Source: Dictyostelium discoideum
Lineage: Eukaryota
Direction of reading: 5' to 3'
NCBI GenBank assembly: GCA_000004695.1
Contig: CM000151.3
Span: forward strand, 2,880,001 to 2,944,000
DNA length: 64,000 bases
Below the pieces are notes generated by a model, which searched no databases, had not been told where the DNA came from, and saw only the letters and a list, made by a program, of their open reading frames with translations. Of this stretch, positions 25,501 through 37,687 are shown piece after piece; position 1 is the first letter of the stretch; each line of letters opens with the position of its first letter. Both the position numbers and the translations under genes were made by a program.

Positions 25501-28500
25501 CCAATTTGAATTAATGGATTAACTAGGACCTTTAGAATGAATTGTCTTATATCTTGAAATAATAAATTTGAAACCTCTGCATTGATATCTGAAATTTTTG
25601 AAGCAACTTGAACCATTTCAGCTATTTCAGGATCAAATAGCTCTTCAGTGAATTCTTTTGGGAATTGTTTCATTTTTGCATTTAAAAATTGTTTTAAATC
25701 AAATAGAATATCTGGTAATTCATCAATCTTTGCATTGATGATAGCAGCATAGAAAAAGAAACTAAAACTTTTACCAGTACCTGTATCACCTTTTAAAATA
25801 ATAGCTCTTTGATTTTTAATCTTTTCATGAATGATTAAAAGACGAAGTGCAAACTCTGGTGTCAAACAATATCCATATTGTTTGGTTAAATCTGATACGA
25901 TAAAAGTACGTGAAACAATACCAAATGATTGAGAGATGGTAGCATAAAACATTGAAGTATTGGCCGATGCAGTCTCTAGCGTATGTAATGATGGTACTTT
26001 GTCATATAGATCTGTTTTCTCTCTAAAATCAATGAAATCAATTTGAGTTTGTTCAAATGGTCTATTTGCATCATCGGTTATCACTGAAATTGATCTTGAG
26101 ATAATTAATGGTGGATTACGCCAAAGTGTTTTCACTGAACATATAATTGGATCTGCCAATTTAACACATTCAACAACAAAGTATTTATAGAGAATCTCTG
26201 GTGTAACTTGTAATTTCATTCCCATTTGAGCCAAATATTTATAGTAATTGATATATTTATCCAAAAATAATAGTCTATCATTTAAATAGGCAAAGAAATT
26301 CTTTTGGCATTGTTTATAACGATTATCACGTAAGAATGGAATTTGAGCACCATAAATTGAAACTACATGATCATAATAAACATTACCAGGTATAACTTGA
26401 TTGTTTGTAATGATTGTTGGATTCGTTGGAAAAGCACCACCATTTCCTCCTAAATAAGACATACATTTCATTTCTTGAATACCATAATTCCATGCTAATT
26501 CATAATTTATCACCTGAGAAATATTGTAAAGTAATGATAATGCATCTTCTGGTTTATCATTTGTTGTTTCTTTTAATTGTGTACCAATCTCTAAAAAGAT
26601 ATGAATATTTAAATGTTCACTTATATTTATAATTTTACCATTATCATAAATGTAACCATAGGTAATTAATGGATAAATAAATGTATAAAATTCTAAATAA
26701 TTGCAATAAGGTGAAAGATTTATATGAAGTAAAACACCTCTAATTGTATTGTTATTACTTTGTTGTTTTTTCAATAATAATGAATTTATTAAACCATAGA
26801 AATCTGAATAATTTGTACCAGGTCTAATTGATAAACGATATGCAATGAATTGAGATTGTTCCACTTGTTTCTTTTTTAAATCAATATATAGAGTTTTTCC
26901 AGTACCAAATTCACCAGATAATAAATTCAATTCACCTACCCCATACTTTGAATTTGTTTTTAACCAATATTGTTTTAATTGTTGATATGTACAAGCTAAT
27001 GGTTCTTCCCAACGTGGTAAAAACTCTGTGAAATTATCATTTTGACTAAATGATATAATGTAAACTCTTGCTAATTTTGATAAAGTTTGATTTGAAAAAT
27101 GTTCTCCAAACCAAGATAATAATGACTCTTTCTTTGTTGGTAATCCGATTAAAAAGAATACTCTATCAACTACATTCTCTACTAAATAAATGAAATCATC
27201 AAATTCATTTCCAAATTTACTACCATAGAAAACTTGACTTGGATGTGGGAATACCATTAAATTCATTTGAGTTATAAGTAAATCTAAATTCTTTTTATTT
27301 TGAACATGATAAAATTGTGGACCTCTATCATCACTACTATCTTCAATATCATCTTGATCTTGAAAAGTTTCATCAAATAAATTAAATAGCTCCATAATGA
27401 AATCTTTAGTTGATAAATTTCTATTTAATTTACCTTGATCTTGAGCGTTAACAATTGTTTTAAAAATTGTATCATTATTTAATTGATAAACTTTTGAATA
27501 ACAATATTTAATATATGATGAAACAATTGAAACTAATTCTTTATTTCTATTATTATTATTGTTGTTGTTGTTGTTGTTGATAATTATTTCATCCTCTTGA
27601 ATTAAGAAATTTTGAACCTTTGTAAATAATGATGAAATACCTTGATTTCTTAATAATCTAATTCTTTTTGAAAATGAATTAATTAAACCTTTCCATTCTT
27701 TAATTTTTTCAATTAATTCAATGTTATATTTTTTAATATCATCCATTAAGTTTGGTGTAATTTTCAACTCTATAAATTTATCTAAAAATTCGTAGTGAAA
27801 CATTTTTGTTGAAAGTATTGTGTGACTCTTATAAATTGAATGAAGTTCATCATATAATTTTTGAAATTCATCAACGGTAGCACGTTGAGCTTCTTTTACC
27901 TTTGCCAATTTCAAACCACGAATATAATCATCCAATGTTTCAGAGGAATATTCTATACCATTTACTTTAATATGCCAAACTGATGTTGAACTACCAATAA
28001 CATTTGAACTAAAGATTGAATCTGTTAACATTTCTTTTAATCTTGGTAAAATGGTTGAAATACTATATGCACCACCTGCACTTGAATATAATGCTCTCAA
28101 TTGAGGCATATTATCTTGAAGGAAACGAATCTTTTGATTAATATCCTCCATATCATGATGACGGAATAATTCTTTCATAACTGAACAAAAATTACCAAAT
28201 TTATAAGATTTTTGTGATGTTGGCACTGTTGGTGGTGGTGGTGAGGTTGCTGTTATGTTTTGTGAGGAATCATTCATTAATGAATCTTTATATGATTGAT
28301 TTTCAATTACTATTGGTTCAACAATACTAAAAGTTAAAACAGCATAATCAATTAAATTACTTGAGAAAGCATCATTTAAATTTGTACTAATTAATCTATT
28401 TCTTTCTGTGAAGTCCTTATTATCTTTAAAAGTTGAGTAGAATTCAATCAATTCCATTTGAATTACACTAAAGAATGGTATTTGATGATATTGTAATTGA

Positions 28501-29876
28501 CCTATGGATTTTTCTATATCTTTTTTAATTTTGATTGAATCATCATATTTAACCTCTGTACTTAGTTTTACTCTGAGTAATGCCTTTTCAATTGATTGTT
28601 TTGCTTCATCGAGATCTTCGATTTTAATGATTTTGAAACGATCAAAGAAATTAAACAATGCATTGATATTTGATTCAATACCAAAGATAGAGATTGCCTC
28701 CTCTATAAACTTTTTAAATTGTTCAACCTTGATGTGAGTTTGAACCTTTTTATTATCTACTGGTGTTTTAAAATTACACAATAAATCTATTTCACATCTT
28801 AAATCAATATCTTTACTTGAGAGTTTCTTAAACATATCACAATTCAACTTGATAGATTGAGTATCCATTTTCACAAGAGAGTCAAAGAAATTTTGTGATT
28901 CTTGACAAACAGCATTTATATCTTTGGTGGTATCATTTTTTACAAAGTGACTGAAGACCACAAAAAAGAATTTAGAGTTTTTGACAATGAAATATAACAT
29001 AAATTTAATGGATTCATCATTTAATGGTGTTTTGAAATTATCAATCTTTGTTTGACGAATATGTTTAAGATAACTTTTCACAGTATCTTTTGGTGAGCAA
29101 TGAGTACCTTCACTCACTAATTTATTGAAACCAAATTCTTGATTTAAGTAATTCTCTAATTTTTTATATCTTTCAATTCCATTTGAATATTCTCTAAATT
29201 CTTTAATAAGTTGATCTGAATCCATCAAACCTTGGTGGTTGAAATAAAGCTCTAAATTTACTTTTAAAGTATCATAATCTTTTTTATACTTTACAATTTC
29301 CTTAGAATACTTATTAGCTATCTCTATAAATTTTTCTTTAATCTATTATGTTAAATTTTAATAAAAAAAAAAAATTAATTGGATTTCGCACATATACTCT
29401 GAAAAAAAAAAAAAAAAACTTACAATCTCTTTAGTTTGAATAAATTCAACCATTTGTTCGTCCCATTCCAAAGTTTTTAAATTATTAAAACGATAAATAA
29501 GATTTTGAGCGTAAGTAGTATCACTGTTTTTAGATACCTGATCCAATGCATTCTTTAGGCAATAATTTGCTAAAATAGAAAGGGAAAGAGGTAGACTTGT
29601 GGCTCTTAAAGAGAAAAAGTTGAAAAAGTTTTGATGTGGTGAAGCTTTCTTTGTAATTTCAAAAATGATATGTTCGCATAATTTATAGAATTGTGAATAA
29701 TTTTTTTTTAACTTTTCTCTTTCGAATTCAAAAGAACTCTCAATATTGGCCAAATCTGAAATTAATGGTTCATAGTAATAAGACAATGAGGTTGGAGCAA
29801 ATTCAAGGTATTGATGGTCTGGGTGCAATATTGAAAATGTAGCAAACAAATCCAAAACTCTATTTATCTTCTCCAT
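14718..29876 (-). CDS. Giant (~5,025 aa) multi-P-loop AAA+-type NTPase; candidate RNF213/mysterin-, midasin- or dynein-class. 2 exons: 29424..29876 and 14718..29342.
   Basis: 14.6-kb uninterrupted ORF (track 14718..29228) that stays in frame upstream to the acceptor 'ataatag|ATT' at 29342. A 77-nt intron with a GTAAGT donor (29418-29423) separates it from an upstream exon whose first in-frame ATG is at 29874-29876. Walker A sites: 'GEFGTGKT' (~26900), 'GDTGTGKS' (~25775) and 'GPPGCSKT' (~24450). Walker B: 'IFVIFIDEFN' and 'VVFLDEAG'. 'IIGAMNP' resembles the dynein/midasin '..MNP' motif. C-terminal poly-Gln and poly-Thr, then 'CQHICNVCKK..CKNCNKQ' Cys pairs. Confidence 0.7.
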
Positions 29877-30019
29877 TGCATATCTTTGACAAACATTTGC
29901 ATTTTTACCATTGAGTTCAAACAAACTTATCAAAAAATCTTTTTTACCTCTTTTGTATATTTGATTGTTAAAATCCTCTGGCTGAGCACCTAAAAATTCT
30001 AATGACCTAAATAAATTAA

Positions 30020-30078
30020 TAAGAAGAAGGAGAAGAAGAAGAAGGAGAAGAAGAAGAAGAAAAAAAAAGAATTAGTAA
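30020..30078. repeat. (GAAGAA/GGAGAA)n purine microsatellite
   Basis: 'aagaagaaggagaagaagaagaaggagaagaagaagaagaaaaaaaaag'. It is a rare GC-containing simple repeat and lies between two minus-strand genes, in the 5' flank of the giant gene. Confidence 0.8.
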
Positions 30079-30120
30079 TATTACTAAAAATATAAACATT
30101 TATATATATATATCATATTG

Positions 30121-31917
<1,797 letters not shown>

Positions 31918-31974
31918 ATTAGTGTGCAAATTTTTTACTTTTTTTTTTTTTTTTCTTTTTTTTTTTTTTTTTCT

Positions 31975-32018
<44 letters not shown>

Positions 32019-32254
32019 TTATTTCTTTATATACAAATAATGTTTATGAGAGAAAAAAAAAAGAAAAATATAAAAAAATAAATTTATAATAAAAAAAGAA
32101 AAAAGAAAAAAAAAGAAAATTTAATCAAAAAAAAAAAAAATAAAAATAAAAATAAAAAATAAAAAATAAAAAAAAGAAATTTGAAAATTAAATCAAAAAA
32201 AAATAAAAAATAAATTTAAAAAATTAAATCAATCCAAAAAACTTAAATTTTTAA

Positions 32255-32430
32255 GCTTTAAAACTATTTAGGAAAAAGAGATAATAAATTTATTTTTTCC
32301 AAACTTTTTTATGGATATAATATTAAAATACATTTTCATTCAAAAAAAAATAAATAAAAAGATAAAATAGTTGGAATCAAGGTTATGACAAAAAAAAAAA
32401 TAAAAAAATAAAAAATGTAAAATAAAACCT
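32255..32430. repeat. Copy 1 of a ~170-bp dispersed direct repeat in the divergent intergenic region
   Basis: '..ttaagctttaaaactatttaggaaaaagagataataaatttattttttccaaactt..atataatattaaaatacattttcattcaaaaaaaaataaataaaaagataaaatagttggaatcaaggttatgac..aaaaatgtaaaataaaacc'. Confidence 0.7.
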
Positions 32431-32669
32431 TAAATATCAAAAAAAAAAAAAAAAAAAAAAAAAATTCATTAAATTTATAACTTGGGGAAAAAAAAAATGA
32501 AAAATCAAAAACTAGGATATTTTATTTTCTTTTATTTTTTTTTATTATTTTTTGTTTTTATTTTATTTTTTTTATTTATTTACTTTTTCTTGTTCTGGGT
32601 GGTTAGTGCTAATGTTGGTGATGTTGTTAGTGTTCCATATAATCATCCAAAAAAAAAAAAAAAAACATA

Positions 32670-32832
32670 AATTTTTAAGCAAAAAAGGGGGAATGAGTTT
32701 GTTTTTTCCTAAACTTACAGAAATATAATATTGAAATACATTTTCATTGAAAAAATAAATAAAAAGATAAAATAGCTGAAATCAAGATTATGATTAAAAA
32801 ATATAAAAAAAATAAAAAAATGTAAAACCTAT
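32670..32832. repeat. Copy 2 of the ~170-bp direct repeat, ~85% identical to copy 1
   Basis: '..tttttaagcaaaaaagggggaatgagtttgttttttcctaaacttacagaaatataatattgaaatacattttcattgaaaaaataaataaaaagataaaatagctgaaatcaagattatgatt..aaaaaatgtaaaacc'. Confidence 0.7.
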
Positions 32833-32928
32833 AAAAAAAAAAAAAAAAGTCATTGAATTTAAAATAAAACTTGGCTTTTTTTTTCAAATAATTTTTAATT
32901 AAAAAAAAAAAAAAGATATTTTTGTGTA

Positions 32929-32991
<63 letters not shown>

Positions 32992-33031
32992 CAAAGTGAA
33001 ACAAATAAAAAAAAAAAAAAGATAATACAAA

Positions 33032-33212
33032 ATGTCAACAGATGGCCAATTAAGATTTTCATTAGCTGAAAGAAAAGCAGGCTCAATGAGCACCCCAGGA
33101 GCTGGTAATTCCGTTTCTGTATCAAATCTTGAAGATTTTAATGATGCAGTTAAATCTGTCCACAAAACAGATAGTGCCACAAATTGGTTATTAGTTGGGT
33201 AATTTTATTTCT

Positions 33213-33244
<32 letters not shown>

Positions 33245-33616
33245 TAAAAAATCTCAGATATTAATTTTTTATTTTTATCTTTTTTTTCCTGTTTTTTTTT
33301 TATTTTTTAAAGTTATGATGGATCACCAGATAAAATTAAATTATTATCAACTGGTACTAAAGGTATTAATGAATTAATTGAACATTTTGATGATACATCA
33401 ATGGTTTATGCAATTCTCAGAGTAGTTGATCATGTTGATGGAATTCCAACTGATAGATTCGTTTATATTACATTTATTGGTGATAATGTTAAAGCCATTG
33501 AAAAAGCCAAATACAGTGTAAATAAAACATCAGTTACAAAATTACTTGGTCATTATAATGTTGAAATCATTGCATCATTAAAGAGTGAATTAAGTGAAAC
33601 TGAAATTATGAATTAA
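33032..33616 (+). CDS. Coactosin-type ADF-H (actin-depolymerisation-factor homology) protein, ~156 aa, 2 exons: 33032..33198 and 33313..33616
   Basis: ATG at 33032. Exon 1 '..FNDAVKSVHKTDSATNWLLVG'. Donor GG|GTAATT; acceptor tttaaag|T; phase 2. Exon 2 'YDGSPDKIKLLSTGTKGINELIEHFDDTSMVYAILRVVD..RFVYITFIGDNVKAIEKAKYSVNKTSVTKLLGHYNVEIIAS' is a typical ADF-H C-terminal half. The TAA stop is at 33614-33616. Confidence 0.7.
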
Positions 33617-34005
33617 AAAAAATAGTTGAACAAGTTAAAACATCATCTGATCCAATTAATTGGATGTTAATTGGTTATGAAGATAAAGAAAGATTAGGTT
33701 TAGTTGGTAAAGGTACTGGTGGTCTTCAGGAGTTAGTCTCACATTTAAAGGATCAAAATGTAAACTATGGTATCGTTGCGACCACTGATGTTATCGATGG
33801 TATCGTTCAACCAAAACATGCTCAAATTACCTTTGTTGGCGTATCAGTTTCACCAATGGTTAAAGGTCGTCTAACAACTCATAGAGGTAAGATTGATGAA
33901 TTCTTTTCACCAATTCATGTTTCATTATTTTCTGAAAATCCTTCACAAGATTTAACTGATGAAATTTTAGCTCAAAAAGTTCAACAATTAAAAGGTATGA
34001 AATAA
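33604..34005 (+). pseudogene. Second coactosin-type ADF-H unit directly downstream. It is in the +1 frame and has no initiator ATG at its N-terminus. It is either a truncated/pseudogenised tandem duplicate or part of an unusual two-domain gene.
   Basis: The frame opens immediately after the TGA at 33601-33603: 'NYELKKIVEQVKTSSDPINWMLIGYEDKERLGLVGKGTGGLQELVSHLKDQNVNYGIVATTDVIDGIVQPKHAQITFVGVSVSPMVKGRLTT..'. This matches the Abp1/coactosin pattern 'W.L..Y....L.L.G.G.GGL.EL...L....V.YG'. The first in-frame ATG is the internal Met of 'NWMLIGY' (track ORF 33664..34005). Confidence 0.4.
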
Positions 34006-34215
34006 GAGAAGAAACTTAAATAAAACAAAATTTTAGGTTTAATCAAAAGTTGTAAAATTATTAAATAAAATTCAATTTTTTTATACACAAAAGTAAAGGT
34101 TTGGGGGGTGGAGAAAATTATGAAAGTAATGTTTTTTTTTATTTTATTTTTTATTTATAGAACAAAATTAATATTGTGTTTGTTTATTTTTTTTATTTTT
34201 TTATTTTAAAATTTT

Positions 34216-36403
34216 TTAACTACCAAGTGAACCACAATCTAAATAATAATCAATTCTTTCACCACCATCTGAATCTGAATCTGAAATATCTGAATCATCG
34301 TCATTATCTTCATTACTTTGATTATTACCATTATTATGATTTTTATCATTTAATGAGGATTTCTTAACACTATTACCATGGTCACCAACTGAACCAGATT
34401 CATTACCTCTAATTGAATCATCTTCATGATCATGTTCATCATCGCTATTGAATGCTTCTTCATCATCTTCAATTGATTTATTATTATTATTTAAATTTTG
34501 TTGTTCTTCTTGTATTTGTTGCTTTTTTTGTTGTAGTTGTGGTTGTTGTTGTGATTGTTGTGGTGGTTGCTGTTGTGGTTGTTGTTGTGGTTGTTGTTGT
34601 CCCTCGTTTGGTATGGTTTTAATATTATTATTATTATTATTATTTTTACAATCATTTTCATTGTTACCATTCATAGTGGTATAATTATGATTACCAGTGG
34701 TATTATCAGTGTTATTCTTTATATTGTTATTGTAGCTGATGATGTTGTTATTGATACAACCATTAATATCACTATTTTCGGTTTCATTTTTTATATTGCA
34801 ATGATTGTCATTGCTATTCTTGTATTCATTATCGTTACTACTACTATTATTATTTTTATTGTATTCAACCTTAATTAATATATCGCTATTACTATTATTA
34901 CCATTTACAACATTACAATTATTACTACCCTCATTACCATTATTACTATTAATACTATTATTACTATTAACACTATTATCACTATTATCGTTATTATTAT
35001 CAACATTACTATTATCATTATCATTATTATTATTATCATTATCATTATTAATATTACTAATATTATTACTATTATTATTATTATTGTCATTATCATTACT
35101 ATTATTATCAACATTACTATCACCATTATTATCACCATTATTATTATTGACATTATTGTTGTTACTATTGCTATTATTATTATCTACATCGCCGGTGACG
35201 TTATTATTTCCATGAGGACTAACAGTTTTTTTTTTTTGAATTAATCTCAACATACCCTTTGATGACCAAAATTGATGTTGAATTTGTTCATATTGATTAT
35301 ATAACATATTCATTCTAAATAGTTTTTTTTTTTTTTTTTTTTTTTTAATGTTAGAAATTATTATTATTATTAAAAAAGGATCAATAATACATACTTATCA
35401 GTTTCATGATTATAATAAGATTCACCACATTGTACTTTTCTCTTTAAACAAGCAAAGATGGTGCCATGAATTGTAGCTAAAGATCTATCAATACTTGTAT
35501 TATCAATTTGTGGAATCTAAAAATATATGTATCAATATTTTAAATATAAATTGGAATATTTATTAATCAATCTTTCTATCAATCAATATTTCTATCCTTA
35601 TATATTTATATTTAAAAAACTTACCATATGTTCATCAGCGCCATGACATAAATGATCATTAATGATACGAATATTTTTAAAGTATTTTGTATATTTATTT
35701 TGATGAGGATCGAGAGTCATATATTTTGAACGAATTGCAAATCTTTCTTTATGTTTTGCTTCATTACTAATGTACATTAAAAATGGAATACAAGATGGAT
35801 GTTTCTTTACTAATCTTAGAATGAGTTTAGTATCTAAATGAACACCTTCAACAATTAATGATTCTTTTCTCTTTTCATAATGTCCAATTAAAATATCTAA
35901 TTTATTAAAAATCATTTCATTTTGTGCTTCATAACCTTGTAAAATCTATAAAATAAAATTAAAAATAAAAAGTTATTAATTATATATATATAACATTTAA
36001 AAAAAAAAAAAAAAAAAGAATTAATTACTTTTTCTTTATGTGATAATGATGGATTTGAAATGATTTCACCAGCATGATAAGTTGAAGCCCAAAGTATAGG
36101 TGATTCTTGTCTACTAATGAATTTTCTTAGTAATTGTCTAATGTTATCAGTAGAGATAACAGCAGTGAAACCGATTCTTGAGGCTAATAAAGCAGTGAGT
36201 GTTGATTTACCACAACCAGATGTACCACCCAATAAAATGGTAAAAGAATGTTTTTTATCTTGAACTTCACATGATACAGGGAAATCAATTATATATTGTG
36301 GCTTTGAATATTGATAACATGATAGTATGTGACCAATGATATAATAGAAAATATTTCTTTGAATTGATACACAATAAATTGGTGGTTGTGTTGTTGTTGT
36401 TGC

Positions 36404-36448
<45 letters not shown>

Positions 36449-37110
36449 TGATTGTTCAGTTTTTGTAATTGAATCAGTTGTAACAATTGCATTATTATTT
36501 GTAGCAGTTAATTGTTTGTTTTGTTCAATTCTACACTTTTCAAGTTGTTCAAACACTGTATTTGAAATTTGTCTTGCATGAATTGATTTACATCCCATAA
36601 ATTTCAATGTTAAATTCAAATGAAATCTTGCATATCTTTTAATTGAATCTACACAATGAAAATCTCTACAATCTTTAATTTCAAAACAATTTATATAATT
36701 ATAAATCTATATAAAAATATTTTTTAAAAAAAAAAAAAAAAATTAATTATTTTATACTTTTTTTTTTTAAAAAAAAAAAAATATATAATGAATAATTATT
36801 AAATATTTACCTCTTTAACAATTGATAAATTCTCATTGTTTTGTTGAAATTGGAATGGATAAGGTGTGGTTTTATTTGGTGTGGTTGAATATAGTTTCTT
36901 TGGTAATGGTATCAATGATGGGAATTTTGGATTTGGTTGGTGTTGTTGTTGTATATATGATTCATCTACCAAATATATATATGCCATTGTACCATCTCTA
37001 ATACAATCTACTATTGGATTACTTGGTGAATGTATGGTAGGTATATTACTATTATTGTTCAATGAAAATGAAGACACTCCATTGTTAATAATATTTGTTG
37101 TTGTTGTCAT
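34216..37110 (-). CDS. P-loop kinase of the 2-phosphoglycerate-kinase (2PGK/LPA1-like) family with a low-complexity N-terminus; proposed 5 exons, the last encoding a ~365-aa Asn/Gln/Asp-rich tail. Exons: 36811..37110, 36029..36706, 35625..35945, 35395..35516, 34216..35314.
   Basis: Walker A 'LLGGTSGCGKSTLTALLASRIGFTAVISTDNIRQLLR' in exon 2. Exon 3 '..LIVEGVHLDTKLI..FLMYISNEAKHKERFAIRSKY'. Splice sites: AAAGAG|GTAAAT..tatatag|ATT; GAAAAA|GTAATT..tatag|ATT; ATG|GTAAGT..tttttag|ATT; GATAA|GTATGT..ctatttag|A. All phases are consistent with the track ORFs. Alternative: the gene ends at the TAA at 35370-35372 and 34216..35313 is a separate poly-N gene. Confidence 0.5.
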
Positions 37111-37204
37111 TATATGTTGACAATATATATGTATAAATTTATGATATAAATTTTTTTTTTTTTTTTTTTTTTCCAATATTGCTATTAATAATGCAACTTT
37201 TTTT

Positions 37205-37236
<32 letters not shown>

Positions 37237-37405
37237 TTAATTTTTTTTTTTTTTTTTAAAAATTCAAAAAAAAATTCAAAAAAAAAAAAAAAAAAAAAGA
37301 AATCAAAAAAAAACTGTTGTTATTTTATTTATTAGGTTATATACCTAAAAAAAAATATATTATTTTATTTTATTTGGCAATGATATTAATACTGAAAGAG
37401 AATTA

Positions 37406-37442
<37 letters not shown>

Positions 37443-37687
37443 TTTTTATGATAATAATTTATTTTAATACAAAAAAAAAAAAAAAAAAAAATAAAAATTA
37501 ATTTTTATTTTTATTTTTAATTTTCATTTTTTAATTTTTTTAATTTTTTTTTTTTTTTTTTTTTTGGAAATTGCATGTGGAAATAAATCAACTTTTTTAA
37601 TAAAAAAAAAATTATAGTGACAGTGAACTTAAATTTGGTTTATTTTATTTTTTTTTTATTTTTTTAATTTTTTTTTTTTTTTTTCCA

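Noticed and set aside
15772-28737. Plus-strand ORFs of 60-134 aa (15772..16116, 22372..22575, 23434..23622, 24023..24265, 25105..25509, 26414..26632, 28504..28737) plus small minus-frame ORFs inside the giant gene
   Set aside because: They are antisense or alternate-frame shadows of the 14.6-kb coding exon. They have no splice context and read as the low-complexity mirror of the sense codons.
33195-33377. 60-aa ORF MGNFISFFFF.. between the coactosin exons
   Set aside because: It lies entirely within the 114-nt intron (poly-T) plus the start of exon 2 in the wrong frame.
34448-35215. Plus-strand ORFs (Cys-rich 'CCSSCICCFFCC..', Leu-rich 136 aa) and the minus Ile/Val-rich ORF 34905..35153
   Set aside because: They are frame and strand shadows of the (AAT/GAT/AAC)n-rich minus-strand tail exon 34216..35314.
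36289-37120. ORFs 36289..36492 (-) and 36866..37120 (+)
   Set aside because: They are alternate-frame or antisense readings of the poly-Thr tract and the first exon of the 2PGK-like gene.
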